Numbered from the stretch's first letter, positions 1 to 13,400 are shown. The stretch is DNA of 64,000 nt from Bilabrum cf. latius (GCA_965178125.1 OZ237757.1:62001-126000), one strand, 5' to 3'. The notes: generated by a model from the letters alone, not told the origin. Numbers and translations are program-made.

Positions 1-87
1 ACATTATCGCTTCGTTTGCCATGTTGGCCTTCCGGCTCGTTACTGTGGCTGTGCCAGGTACTTCATCCCTTTGCCTGTGCACCGCAG

Positions 88-647
88 AGAAGGACGACAG
101 ACCGTTCGAATGCGAGGTCCACTATCTGGCATCGCCATTTGCGGTGTTTATGGCTATGACAGACCCCAGAGAGTAGGCTAGGGCCACGCGAGCTCCAGCT
201 AAGCTGGAACGTGGCGGCAAAGCCACGTGGCCTCCAGCCGCTGGCGACGAGTGGGAGATGGGTGGCGGTCAGATGTGTGGGGTTTACTAGACTGTAGAGC
301 TTATCTCTGATGATGACAAAGGAGAAGTTGCAGCAGGTCCTGTGAGCCGTGACGCAATTGATTCGTCTGGTGGAGTCAAATTTGAGCAAGCCTGGCGCAG
401 CAAGTTCTGGGCCGACGGAAAGTACGCCCGCTTGACCATTTCGTGCGCTGCGGTTCCTTCCAAACCGGGGGAGTGCGTGATGCGTGCTCGCTTCGAGCAC
501 GTGCCTGCGCGTGACAGGTACGACAACGACGCCTTCGCCCCGACGGTGGGCGCCTTCCAGCAGGGTTTCCTCAAGGGCATCCGGAATATAATCGGGTACG
601 GGGTCAGCAAGGAGAGGGTCATCGATGATGGCACGGGGGGCAAGTGA
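88..647 (+). CDS. Aha1/AHSA1-like (START/SRPBCC) C-terminal domain protein, 3' exon (5' part upstream)
   Basis: The frame is open from acceptor CCGCAG|88 to TGA 645-647 with in-frame TAG at 174 and 288. Translation FMAMTDPRE*ARATRAPA..EWEMGGGQMCGVY*TV..FEQAWRSKFWADGKYARLTI..HVPARDRY..KGIRNIIGYG resembles the Aha1 C-domain (QxWRxxxW, VP, FGYG). Confidence 0.6.
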
Positions 648-775
648 ACAGCGTGCTCGGAGCGGTTGCAGCGAGCGACTCTTGGTTGCGAAAATCCGCG
701 CGGAGCAAAGACAACATAAAAAGCACCGTGTCTAGCATGCACGCCACTCATTGGCATTACCACTCGTCACACTCA

Positions 776-3700
776 TCATCCCTGGTACCCATCACCCTCC
801 CCATGCCAAGCACTCTGCTCCCCTTCTTCCCCGCTGCCCTCGCGCCCCTGCCCATTCCCCGCGCCAAGCCCCTCCCCCACGTGCAGCACGCCGTGCTCGC
901 GGCCCCCACTGGCACGGGCCACGGCCAGCTCTGCCTTCTCCTCCTCCTCCACGCCTGCAGCCTCCTCATCGAGACGGTCCCTCGCCGCCGAACGGTCGTC
1001 AGAGAAGAAGAACATGTGCGGCCGCAGCGCTCGGTCCAGCAGGCTCCCGATGGTCGCGCTGGGCTCCGTGCGTCCCCTCGCCGGGAAGGGCCTCTCCATG
1101 AGCTCGGCCATGGGCGCCACGTGCCTGTACAGCTCCCTCCACCGCTTGAAGCTGCTCAGCCCGCGGGGAGGAGGGGGCATGCCCCTCTGCAGCGGCTTGG
1201 CCGGCATGTCTGCGGGCAGCTGCGTGTCAGTCGCGATGATGTTCCGGTTGTGAGGACCCAGGTGCGGCACTGCACCCCTCTCCCTGGGCGTCTTGGCGAG
1301 TGCCTGCAGGTAGGCAGCCGCGAAGTCCTTGTCGCTCACGAGATCCCTGAGCTCGCCCAGCCTCGACTTGGCCTCCTCGGGGATCAGGGCGTTGGTGGCT
1401 GCGAGTCGAGTGACGGCCCGCATGCCCAGCCCGGTGGACACGGCTGCAACCCCGGCGAAGTCTCTCAGCTGCTCGAGGACGATAGCGACAGACAGGAACC
1501 GCATCCACACGGCGGCACGGGCGGCGGGGGAGGGCGCGTGGACTATCTCGGCTGCCACCCAGAGGGCCTGGGCTGCGAACCGATCCACGCACCTGAGGCA
1601 CCCGTCATTCGTGTGCCGAAACCTGTCGCCGTCGAAGTCGGCCAGCAGCAGCTCGCGCACTGGAACTACTGCGTACGTTCTGTGGTCGAGCTGAGCCCAC
1701 GCGAGAGCGAGCTGCGCCACGGGCACCTGCAGCCACGAGTGGTACGCTTGCTGCTGCGAGGCACGGGGCGCTGATGCTACCTGGGCCTGGGGCTGGGGCT
1801 GGGGCTCCCGAAGGGCGGGCGAGGAGGACGAGGAAGCGGCAGCAGATGAGGAAGTGCCCGCCGAGGCCGGCACCGCTGCCCCCGGCCCCACGGCCACTGC
1901 CCTCCTCTGGTCCAGCACCCTCCGCGCTGCATGCCAGACCTCCCAGCTCCACCCAAGCGCACGCTGCAGCCTTCTCTTGAACACCCCTGCCGACCGCGAG
2001 GCTCCCAGCGCCCCGCCCACAGGCACCCTGGAGAGCGCATCGCCCGCTCGCCGCAGCACCCGACGACAGGACCGCAGCGCCTCGCCTGCCCCACTGCCGG
2101 ACAGCCGCAGCGCGTGCCTCCGCAGCCAGCAGAGACAGAAGCTCACGCACATCGCAGCCCCGCTCAGCACGGCAGGATGGGTCACCCCCACGGCGGCACG
2201 ATTCAAACGCTCCGGGGCTCCTTCTCGCTGCCCTCTGTCCTTGCCATCACCACCCCCCACCGCCGCCTGCACGGCCCGCCTGTCCCTGCCGTCCTGGTCC
2301 TCGCACTCGTGCAGCAGCTGCAGCAGCGCACTCGTCACATCTGCGGGCGCGAATATCCCGTCCGCCTCCAGGCACAGCATGAGTACATCTGCCGCTGCCA
2401 GCTCCACCCGCAGCCGCTTGGTGGTCCCGATCGCCCCCTGGGGCACCCTTCGCAAAGTGACCTCCTCGCCCATCGGTCCCATCTCGAGCTCCTCCTCCTC
2501 TTCTTCTTCTTCTTCCTCTTCGTCGCTCTCGTCGTCCTCGCCCCGCACACTGGGAGGCACGCCGGGCTCAGGCACCGAGGCACACGCGTGGTCCTTGTCA
2601 CTCCACCCCGCGGGGGGCCTTAGCAGCTCCTCCAGCCGAGCCACGGGGCAGCTGCCCAGCGGTGCACGGTCCCCCGCAGTCCCCTCCTCGCTGGCAGCTG
2701 CAGCCAGCCACCGGTCCTCTGCGGCGGACGGTGATGATGAGGACGCGCCCGACCTTGCGGAACCGCCCTTGGAAGTGCCGTCATGCGATGCACCCTCGTC
2801 GTCCGAGGACCCCTACCACCACGGCGGCAGCATCCACCACGCCCCTGTCCAGTCGGACTCGCGCGGCGCCGGCGGTCTCCCTGCGGAACCTCCCCACCGC
2901 AGCGCCTCGGGCCCGGGCCCCTTTCCTTGCCTCGCAGGAGGTCTCCATTCCTCGCTGGCCCCCTGGGGCGTGGTAGCCGCCAGGAATGCCACCGCCCTGA
3001 CCACCCCCGCGAGAGTGCCCCCCAGCAGCTGCACGCGGTCCTTGCCCCCCCTGAGCCCAAGCTCGCGGACCATGGCCGCCAGGGGCTCCTCCCTCCCCGC
3101 GGGCGAGGCCACCTCCGGGTCGTCCCCCGCCTCGATCATGGCACGCTCCCTGGCCGTGTCCGCCTGCTCGCATGTGCCCGTCCCCTCCATCAGCGGGGCC
3201 CGCACACCGTAGGACCCCGCCCAGGGGAGCAGCGAGCGGCGGCAATATAGCGGGGACAGCCCCCACGCGGGGCGGGGTGGACCCTCCTCCTGTCCACCTG
3301 TCGGGCTTGGCGGTGCTCCAGATGCGCGAGTCGTGCTCATCACGGGCTGGCCCGCGCCTGCATCGGACTGGGCGCGGCGATCCACCCCGCCTGCTTTGCT
3401 CTCGCTCTCGCCCGCACCTGCGGATGCACGGAGCTGTCCAGACGGTGCCTATGCAGCTGCATCTGCAGCAGCAGCATCGTTGGCCGCCAGCTGCATCAGC
3501 TCGGACCTAAGGGCCCGCGACAGCCAGGACTGCGGCGGGGCGCCCGAGACTGACCGGTGGGCCCGGGACCTGGATCGGCAGCGGGAGAGGGCGCCGGCTG
3601 CCTCCGCAAATGGCGCGCCCAGGCTCTCAATATGCTCCTATATGGCATCCAGCAGCATATCGGAGGCGCGTACCCTAACGTCCACGGCACGGGGAGGCGT

Positions 3701-3976
3701 CGCCTTGCGCTTGGCCACGGTGCCGTGGCTAGGCAGCGTGGGGGCCTGCACCTGCTGGGCGTGGTCAGATTCTGTCCGTGTCTGCGCCTGGCCAAATTGA
3801 GGCTACCACAGCTACATTCCAGTTTGCTCCCAGTTGGAAGATGCCACGGAGTAGGCGTCGCGGTGACCTCGTCCACCTCCAAAGCCACCGCCCGATGTCA
3901 GTCTCGAGGCGACCTTGCGCGACAGGCTGGAACCAGGCGCAATATCTTTGCCAAGTACCGCGACAGAGCCGTCCAT
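776..3976 (-). CDS. RasGEF (CDC25-type) domain protein, ~1066 aa
   Basis: Single frame from ATG 3976 (TGA just upstream) to TGA 776-778, with TAG at 3812, 3803, 3638, 3449 and 2813. The C-terminal part has RasGEF hallmarks (ALWVAAEIV..RAAVWMRFLSVA..LRDFAGVAAVSTGL..VTRL..GAVPHLG). Confidence 0.8.
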
Positions 3977-4705
3977 ACTGGATCAACGTGCGGAAAGTGT
4001 CAAAGCAGGCTTGCAATCTCAACAACGAACGAACGAACGAACGAATCTTTAAAAAAAAAAAGTTAGCAACAACGAGCAAGTTGCACCCGATTCCGAACGT
4101 TTCGACACTTGGCGAACAAGTCTGCGCTGCGTGGACCCGTAACGGCCAGCTGCAAGCTGAAACTAAGATCGCAATTATATATGCAGACGTGGAAGGTTGT
4201 CCTGCGGGCTGGTATGCTGCCCTCCATGCGCAGCTGCGCCAAAACTGTAACCACACGTTACCTAACCAAATGCAGAATTGATGACTCGGGCTGAACGAAT
4301 TAATGCACCCAACCAGCCCCCCAAAGCAATGGTAGCCGCTGATCCTGGACAAGTTCATCCCCCTAGTGTAAGGGTTTTCTTTGGGCATTTCACACAAGTC
4401 TGTGTGCGCCGTACTCTTACTTCTTGCTCCATATGCTTCGAGCAGCCTGATCGTCGCAAACTAAACTGTGTCAAAAGCACGGTTTGTTGGCCGTGATCAA
4501 CGACTGTCGCTCGAAATAACGCGTTGTTGATATATGTCGTATCGTGTTGGAAGCTTGCTGTGGACCTGGGCTCCATCTATGGTCTCGCAACTCGTCCACC
4601 CGACCAAGCAATGGCACCCCTGCCGCTGCCCGATGTCTCCACGCCTTCCTTTAGCTTACCGGGGCATGGCACATTGCATTTGCTTTGCTGATTTTTCGCT
4701 CGCAG

Positions 4706-6307
4706 ATCCCTTAGGATGATGGGGTGAAGGAGGCGCTGGACCAGATCCAGGCGATGCTCCGCGATCCCCAGGCCGGAGGCCTCGTTGACGATCCGCAAAC
4801 TGCAGAGCTCTTGCAGAAGGTAGGATTGACCGTAGCTGACTTGTATTAGGATTAGGAAGGAGCGCCTATGCCTGCCGCTGCCGCAGCAGCCTCATCCGGG
4901 GAGAGACCACCCCCGGCCGGCTCGTTCGCCCCGGACATGGGCGAGGGCACGGGCGGAGAGGCCGAGGGCGACTTCGACGAGTACGAGGATGACGAGGAAG
5001 GCGAGTACGACGACGGGTACGGCGAGCCGCCCGCGGTGCAGCTGCGGTCGGGCCCTCAGCCGGTGGAGCTGTGGCGGGCCAAGCACGAGTCCGCTGATCC
5101 CCCCCGCGCCCCCGCCCGCAAGATGAGAAAGGAGGAGTGGGACCGTCTGGTGGACCGCCTGAATGCCTCTAGCCGCCGCAAGAAGCAGTACCAGGGCATC
5201 ATGCAGGCCAAGCGCGAGAAGGAGGAGATGGAGGGGTACCGCTTCCGGCCCACCATCACGAGAAGGAGCAGGGCGCTTGCAGAGCACCTCAAGTCCCTCC
5301 CCGAGCGCATGCAGGCGCTCATGCACCGCCGCAAGGCCAAGATCGACAAGGTGAAGGAGGAGAAGGCCCAGAGGGAGCTGGCGGAGGCCACGTTCCGGCC
5401 CAACCTGAACAAGCCCACGCGATCTAGGGCCACGGAGATGCAGGAGAGGATGAGGAGGAAGGTCGGACACCTGCTGCGGTACGACCTGGACAAGCAGATG
5501 CGCGCCAAGCAGCGGCGGCAGATCCAGCAGGAGGTGGAGGACCGGGAGCTTACCTTCAGCCCGAGGATCAACCGGAGGAGCACTGTGCTGGTGCAGCGCA
5601 TGATGCAGCGCAAGGACGCGGTGGAGAGGAAGGTGGAGAGGCAGGAGCAGCTCACGGACGACGACTATGCCACGCTGGCGGGGGGGCGGACCAGGCGGGC
5701 GCAGGAGAGGGCGAACGCCAAGACGGCCGCGGTCTCTTTGGCCACCTTGGAGCGGGAGATGGATCTCGGCCGGGTGAAGCGGGTCAAGCTGGGGCCCAGG
5801 GGATTGACCATGCTGCCCGGGCACGAGCAGGAGACCTTCCACCCGAGGATCGACCCCCGGTCCCGGGCGGTGGCGCAGGGCAAGGGCAAGGGCAAGGGCA
5901 AGGGCCGCTCGGTGCACGACCGGCTGTACCTCAAGGCGACCGCCAGCATGCGGCAGAAGCGCGTGGCCAGCGGGCAGTACTTCCGGCAGTACATCAACAC
6001 GGACATGGACGTGTCTGGCGGCATCGACATGGGGGTGACCTTCCAGCGGGACGTGGCCAGGGCGCAGGAGGAGGACGAGGAGGAGGCGGCGGCCAGGGCG
6101 GCCAGGGCGGGGAGGCACAGGGCAGTCGCCGAGGCGCCGGAGAAGGGGTACGTGAACGAGGTCGTGTACGCGCAGGACTTTGATGCGATCGTGCGGCTGT
6201 CCATCCGGGCGGCGGAGCAGGCCGAGGCGGCGGCCGTGGCGGACCAGGAGCGCGAGGAGGAGGAGAGGGAGAGGGCGGGCGTCGAAGGGGTGGATGAAGG
6301 CAAGTGA
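4706..6307 (+). CDS. Uncharacterised coiled-coil protein with TF(R/S/H)PxI repeats (main exon; 5' exons unresolved)
   Basis: The frame is open from acceptor CGCAG|4706 through TAG 4712, 4847 and 4853 into ORF 4868-6307, ending TGA. Repeated motifs FRPTITRRS, TFRPNLN, TFSPRINRRS, TFHPRIDPRS, plus SVHDRLY; strong GC3 bias. Confidence 0.7.
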
Positions 6308-6473
6308 CGCGACGGGGATGGAGAGGGAGAGGAGGTAGCGGCGGCGCGTGGCATGCGATGTACTTGTTGCAACTTGACTCCCTCTCTGGCAAGACGATTC
6401 TGATGCATTAAGACAGATATATCAAACACGCCATTCTCGATGTATGCACCCCAATGCAGTGCACCCTTTGTGG

Positions 6474-8645
6474 TCAGACGTCCAGCTGCACCCCGGATGG
6501 ACAGGTCCCGTCCAGCTCCCACCCCTCCCGAGCCAGCGCCTCAAACCGCCTGTCGTCTCCCGACAGCCGCACCAGTGCAGGCCCGTACTCATCGCCATAC
6601 CCCTCTCTCCGCCCCTGCCCCGGGCACGCGCAGCAGTGCGGCAGCGGGGTACAGGAAGGGCTGCAGCACGGGAACCTGGAGGGGCTGCTGCCCTTGTCGA
6701 TCTGGGAGGGGGCAAACTGCAGGTCTTGCTGCAGCTGTGCCCTGAGTGTCTGCATGTGCTCCACCACGTCCACGAGGCCCGGCTAGGAGACGTTGAGCGG
6801 GTACTGCTCCCACTCATCTCGCCCCAGGTCGAAGAGAAGAGGTGGGTCGTGCGACGCAAGCCCAGCATAGCAGGAGGCGTCTCTCGGGATGGATGCCGCG
6901 CTGCCCGCCCAGCCCATGGTGTGGAAGTGCGCCTTGAAGAGCCTCCAGCGGACAGCCATCAGGAGGTTGCCTCGCCAGTACGGGAACACTTCACGCGGGG
7001 AGGCGGGTACGGGGGGAGGGGGGTAAGGGGTCACCTGGGGGCTGCGTGTCCCCACAGCGGGGTCACCCCCGGTGTACTCTCGCCGCAGCTGCAACCTCTG
7101 CGCGTCTGCCCTGGCCACCTCCTGCAGCAGCAGGGGGCTGAGGTCAACCCCGTCCAGCGGTCTGTCAGTGGGCGCCTTGGCCCCGGTCAGAGCCGCGAGG
7201 GTGGGCAGCAGGTCCAACGTGGATGCAAGGCCCTGCGTGTGCAGGCCCAGCCTGTCTCCGAACAGACCCGGAGCCCACCATATGCCGGGCACCCGCTGGC
7301 CCCCCTCGTAGGTAGTGCCCTTGCCGCACCGCAGGCCCCCGCTGGACCCTCCCAGCACGGTCCAGTGCAGCGAGGCGCCGTTGTCGCTGGTGATCTGCGG
7401 TGGAGAGAAGCAGGGTGGTGGAGGTAAAACCTTGGTCCGCTATGCAGAGGGCTACACGCTGCAATCGATACAGAGTAGAAGTACGGCCGAGTGCAAGCAG
7501 ACCACAGAGTTCTCGGATTGCACTCGAGTGCTCGATTGCTGCTGCCTCACGACCATGAGAGTCTCGTTGGCCACTCCCGCCGCGAGGATGGCCTGCTGCA
7601 GGAGACCAGCGGTCCTGTCCAGCTGAGCCAGCGAGTCGCCATAGAGCCCTCGCTCCGTGGTTCCGTTCAGCTCTCTACCGGCGAACTCTGCGCGGCGTGA
7701 CGAGCAAACCTCGCGGGATCAGGACTTGGACCAAACAGAGCGGGGTGCGGGCAGCGAGCAAGGGCATAGAGAGCACGCAGGCGATGCATTTCTCACGCGG
7801 GGCGTGTGTATGGTGGCTCGCGTAGTAGAAGAAGAACGGGTCCCCGCTCGAAGCGTGCCTGCGGATGAAATCGACCGCGAATGCATCTGTGCGAGCATCG
7901 ATGTTGGCCACGTCTAGGTCGCCCTGCTCCACGACCGTCCCGTTCTCGATGTAGGGGCACGGACCGAACTGTGTGTGCCCCGGGATGGCACTGCCTGGAG
8001 TCCTAAGATTTGACACGCACTCGTTCTGCGTCGACAAGATGCCCTGGTACTCGTCGAATCCCTGGGCCCACGGCCCGTACTGCTGTGTGCCCAAGTGCCA
8101 CTTGCCACACGCGCCGGTCTTGTATCCGGCGCTCTGAAGCATCTCAGCGATCGTGATTTCGTCCAGATCCATGCCACCCACGCTGAGGGGGCTCAGCACT
8201 GCGTCTTCGGCCTCGGAGCGGTTCGAGTACACCCCGGAGCGCTGTGGGAGCCGCCCCGTGAGCAATCCAGCGCGCTGCGGACATTCACGCAAAGGCACAA
8301 TCAATGCATCAGTGCTACAAACCAAGAGGATGTCACGAGATAACATGAGATAACATACTGCGATCGCATGCAGTCTTGACCCGACAAGTGCAACTCGATC
8401 CACTGCATCGTTTGCCTCACGGAAGGGGAGCAGACGGGGGCAGCTACGTACCAATGCTTGAATGTCAAAGATGATTGGGCTGCAATTGCATCTATATGTG
8501 GGGTGTACGAGGTTGAACTGCCCAAACAGCCAAAATCGTGATACCCGATGTCATCCCCGTTCAAGATCACCACGTTCCTTATTTTCTGGGGTTTCGCAGC
8601 CGATAGTACAGAAATAGCCAATAATCCAAGCGCTAAGACACCCAT
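6474..8645 (-). CDS. Arylsulfatase A-like sulfatase (secreted/lysosomal)
   Basis: Signal peptide and GDDIG. The formylglycine motif CSPS|RAGLLTGR is joined across intron 8420-8275. Also GKWHLG, HHTHAP|QFAG (intron 7796-7688), TSDNG (intron 7550-7395), CGKGTTYEGGQRVP, HDPPLLFDL. One TAG at 6783 leads into an ARSA-like Cys-rich tail (APSQIDKG..CCSPSCTPLPHCCAC); ends TGA 6474. Confidence 0.88.
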
Positions 8646-8800
8646 GTTGAAGTCCTGACGACTTCTATCTGCTGCCTTTAGTAGAGACCTCGCTCCGAGT
8701 TGCCGTGGCACGGGCTACAGTGACCTTCATACTAATACTTGGCTCCAAATTGAGCGTACCAATAGATTTGATGATGAAAAGGGTCGCCATGCATAGACTG

Positions 8801-9676
8801 TCAGAGCTCTTCGGTCCCTCCAGCGCCGTGGCTGGCAGCCTCACCGCCTAGCTCCGTCTTAGTCCTGCTGTCACTCCCCCTTCCCTTCGAGCGATGGGTC
8901 TGCTTCGACTTGGCCTTCCTTTTTTTCTTGTTCTTCCGCCGCCTATTCTTCTTTCCCTTGCTCGCCTTCCCCTTGCCCTTGCCAGTCCCGTCTCCCGAGC
9001 CCCCTCTGCCCCCCTCCCCTGCCTCCCCTGCCCGCAGCCGCTGCTTCCTGGCAGCCTCTTCGATCCCCGCACCCTGCATTTCCTGCCACCCCCGTTCGTA
9101 CGAGTGCCCGTCCCACTCGACCGAGAGCACCTCGTCCACCGACAGTAGGGCGTCGCGAGCTACGAATCCGTCCCAGCCCTTCGTCAGCGCAACCAGCAGG
9201 CGGCCATCCCCAGCCACGTAGGTCTAAGCTTCCACACCGCCAGAAAACATGGCTTCTCTTAGAGTCGTTGCCAGCTCGTGCAAAGCCTAGGGGTGCCACT
9301 TGGCCGGGTCGCTCGGATCTGCGCGTGAGCTTCCCGATTCTGGGCTAGCGATATCGGCAAACATCAGCGTGGGCCCAGTCAATGCCTTCTCATGCAACAT
9401 ATTTTCTTCTTTATCGACGCCGGTCGACAGTCTCATGCGGGCCTTGTCCGCTGCCAACGGGTCCACGTGTTGCATGCTGTCCTTTCGCCGCTTGTATTGG
9501 TCTCCAAGGAGCTTCCTTTCATCAACCAGAAGCTCCTCATCATCTCCTTCTTCCCACTGCTTATCAACTACATCGACCTTGTTATCGTTCCACTTCGACC
9601 ACTCCGATGGGCTTCTCCGCTTGGCAAGGGCAACTGCAAGCCATGAAGACGCAAACACCAGCGCTGCAGCAAGCAT
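8801..9676 (-). CDS. MESD: MESD-like ER chaperone, ~291 aa
   Basis: Signal peptide MLAAALVFASSWLAVALA; motifs QWEEGDDEE, GPTLMF, VEA*TYVAGDGRLLV..RDALLSVDEVLSVEWDGHSY; KDEL-like C-terminus TEEL then TGA. TAG at 9287 and 9224 join two ORF-track pieces in frame. Confidence 0.65.
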
Positions 9677-9785
9677 CCTGATTATGACCGCCCAAGCCAG
9701 CCTTGAATAATTATAAAAGGATTGATGCTCTGGTACACGGAAGCGGGTGTATTGTGTAAGAAAGCCTGCAAGCTGGGTTGCCTGC

Positions 9786-10352
9786 TCACGTCGAACCCGG
9801 ATCGCACTGCACGGTCGGGGCAGCAGCTTTGCCGGACTGACTGATCCAAGCGCCGAGCTTTGACATGGGGGACGCCGGGGGGAGGAATACGCGCGCGGAC
9901 TTGTCAAATGTCACCGTGCACGCCACGCTTGCCCCGCCCCCATCGAAATCGCTGGGCGGTACTCTGTAGGCCTAGGTCAGCGGGTCGCTGCTCGTCTGGA
10001 AGTGCTCGGGAGAACCCCCCGCCGTAGACAGCCGAAACATGACACTGCCCCCGTCTTCGCCCACCCCGCTCATGCCTGTGAGCACGAAGGGCCTGCGGAA
10101 GGGCGGCATCTCCTCCGAGCGGGTCACCATCGGGTCCCTCAGGTCCGGGAAGGCCTATCTCCGCTCCTCGCACCCGATCGCGGTGGTGGCCTCGCGCATC
10201 CCCCGGATTGTGGCGGCGAACTGCGAGTCTGAAGGTTCGCCCGGCTGGACGAAACTGGCTGGGTTGAAGTAGTTGAGGTCAGCCGGAACAATCCAGAACG
10301 ATGGTCGGGCACCGAATTTGCCACCACGTAGAATGCATGTGCGCCGCTTCTC
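9786..10352 (-). CDS. Hypothetical protein/exon (start unresolved)
   Basis: About 189 codons between two TGAs, containing only two TAGs; protein-like composition (FWIVPADLNYFNPASFVQPG..PPFRRPFVLTGMSG..). No recognisable domain and no confident start. Confidence 0.35.
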
Positions 10353-10437
10353 TCAGTGACCGACATGGATACTCAGAGAGACGAGCATCCAAACCAACAA
10401 CACGGGGAGGGAGGGAGTGAGGGAGGGGGGGGGGCAA

Positions 10438-13400
10438 TCACATCCCCCCCATGAACCCGGGCAGCACGCGAGTCCTCTTGGCGCCGCTCCGACCTCTGGC
10501 TGCCCCGGCCCCGGCCCCGGCCCCGGCCCCACCCAGGGCTGCACCGACCGATGGTGACCCGCGCTTGCTGCCCACCGCAGCCCCTCGACCCGACCATCCC
10601 CCCGCCATCCCTGTCGCCCCCCCTCCGACTCCGAGTCCCCTGCCAGACCACCCGCTCCCACTGCCCCCCGCAACTCCAGCTCCGAGTCCCACCGGCGGCT
10701 CCACCAGCCCCCTCCGCTCCAGATCGATCCACGCCAGGGCCAGCTTCATGCTGTCGTACGACCCCGCTGGGCCCTCCCTGTCCCCCGCCGACATGTGCGG
10801 CAGCATCGCATCCCGCAAGGGCCGCAGCCTCACCGCCCGCAGTCGAAGGGACCGGGGGGGAGCCGTCCCCACCTCGGCGCACGCCGCCCTTGCCTCCGCC
10901 TCGGCCCGTGGGAGCACCTCGCGCACCGCCGCGCGGGCGGCATGCAGGGTCTATGGGGCCACGCCGAGGGCTTGCGGTGACGAAGGGAGCGGCATCAGCG
11001 AGACCCCCGCACTCGTCACACCCGCCCCAGAGCCGGACCCGCCTGCGTGCAGACGAGGCACGCCAGCCGGCTCGGCAGCGGCCAGCGCCCCGCTCACGTA
11101 CTCTACCACGGTGCTGGCCTTGACGCCCTTCTCGGTCGCAACCTCGGGCCAGGGGCGCCCCCTCAGCACGCACTCGTCATACATTTCAGTCCGTCGAGCG
11201 CTCAGGGGGGGCACGGGGTCTGCGAAATTGCCCTGCAGCACGCCTCCAGCGGCAGGGGACGGGGCGGCTGCTGACCCTGTCCCCGCACCCGCTCCTACTC
11301 CTGCTCCTACTCCTGCTCCTACTCCTGCTCCTACTCCTGCTCCTGCACCTGCTACCTTCCCCATGGCCACCCCCGGCGCGCCCACTGCGAGCTTCATTTC
11401 CGCGCACTTGGCCCGTATGATCCCCAGCACCCCATGCCCGTACCTGGTGGCCCTGTGCCTGCTCATGCCGTGTGCCGCAAGCAGGCCCGCAAGATCCACC
11501 GGCCGCATGCGTGCCAAGTCCCTCAGTGTGCGGTCAGGGAACAACGAGTGCGCGGGAATGCCCTCCCCCAGCGCCACCTGTGCCCTGTATACCTGCAGTG
11601 CATGCAGGAGCAGCCCCTCGGGAACAGTCAGCGGTCGATCCGGTTCCCCAGCGGCGGGAGACACCCCAGCCCGGCTGGGGGCACTTCCACCCCCACCCGC
11701 ATCCAGCTCCAGACCCGCCGCCGCCGCCCCCTCCCGAATGGCCCGCAGGAAGGCGGCCCCGTACTGCTGCACCTTGACCTGCCCCATGCCGAACACACCG
11801 TGCAGCCCCGCATCCGTGGAGGGCCTGGATCTGGCCATGTCCCGGAGCGTGCGGTCCGAGCCCACGCAGAAGGCCGGCACAGCCGCACTCCGGGCGAGCT
11901 CCGCACGAACGGAGCGCAGGTGCTAGAACACCCTGTCTTCCCCCGGACTCAGCTCCGAGGCACCACTCGCCGCACTGCTGCTGCTGCTGCTGCTGCTAGA
12001 GGACGAGGCGCCGCCTGCACCTGCCATGACCCCTGCCAGGCCTCGGCCCGCGCTGGCCCCTGCAGCCATCATGGCCGAAGCCGCCCCTGCGCCTCCCAGT
12101 GCGGACGCAAGCCGGCCGCACCTCTGCAGCGAGTACAGCATGCCGGGGGCCATGCCCTTGGCAGGTAGCCGCACCGATAGTGCTGCAACTGCCCCCGGGG
12201 GCACCGCTGCCGCACCCACCTCGGTAGCTCTGGGCACGCCCCCCAGCTTGGCAAAGGCACTGGCCCCCTCCGCCGTTGGGACGTACTTGACGAAAGTGGC
12301 AGTCCTGCCCGAGCCCCCCGCCGCGAACGAAGTCACCTCACCATCCACGAGGCCCCTGCCCTCGAGAGCCTGAAGCATGCCGTCCCAGAACTCCTTGGAC
12401 AAGGCCTTGCCCAGCCCGAACCCGGGGGCTCCCTTGAGCCTGTCCTCGCCCCACGTCCGTTTCATCGCCGCGCTGGGGGAACCCCGCACCACAGAGATCA
12501 CGGCCGTCTTGCTGCCCCCACGCATCCACTGCAGCGCGGCCAGCAGCAGCCGAGCCTCCGGAGTCACGTCGATCGAGTGACCCTCCGACCCGCCTGCAGC
12601 TCCCCCCTTGCCCTTTCCGCTGGCAGCACCCGCCCCCGCCCCAGGGTCGTCCTCCCCGAAGTAGGCCAGCACCAGTCTCCTGAACTCCGCCTCGTCCCTC
12701 TCCCCCACTATGGCCACCCTCCGCATGGCCTTGAACAGCTCCCGCTTCCCTTCCGAGTCGAGGGCGAAGGAGAGGCTGGCAGCATCTGCATCGGACCAGA
12801 GCAGCAGACACCTGGAGGGCTCGCCGTCCCTCCCCGCCCTCCCCGTCTCCTGGTAGTAGCCCTCGATGCTCTTGGGCAGCCCGCAGTGCACCACCGTCCG
12901 GATGTCCTTCTTGTCGATCCCCATCCCGAACGCGATGGTTGCAACCACGGTGTCCACGCGGTCCAGAGTGAACTGCCGGTGCACTGCGCGGCGGCGCGCC
13001 ATGTCCAGGCCAGCGTGGTACGCCGCCACGCTGCGACCCGCCCCCGCGCACGCCGCCTGCAGCTGGACGGCGAGCTGGTCCGCCTGCGCCCGCCGGTGCA
13101 CGTACACGATCGCGGCGCCCTTCCGGTTCCGCAGCTCATGCGCGGCGCGAGCGGCCATGTCACCGGGGCCTGCAGTGCGCTGCACCTTGTACGCGAGGTT
13201 GGGTCGGTTGAAGGAGGAGACGATCACCTCTGGGCTATGCAGCCGCAGCTGCGCGCAGATGTCCGCCCTTACCCTCCGAGTGGCTGTGGCGGTGAGCGCC
13301 AGGCAGGGCACGCCGGGGAGGAAGGTGCGGGCTTCGTGAATGCGCAGAAAGGACTCCCGGAAGTCGTGGCCCCACTGGGACACGCAGTGGGACTCGTCCA

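Noticed and set aside
644-3212. Long antisense ORFs (e.g. 644-1774, 1854-3212, 10451-11926, 21244-22740, 47791-49728)
   Set aside because: These are shadow ORFs caused by high GC and codon bias; the opposite strand carries the recognisable domains.
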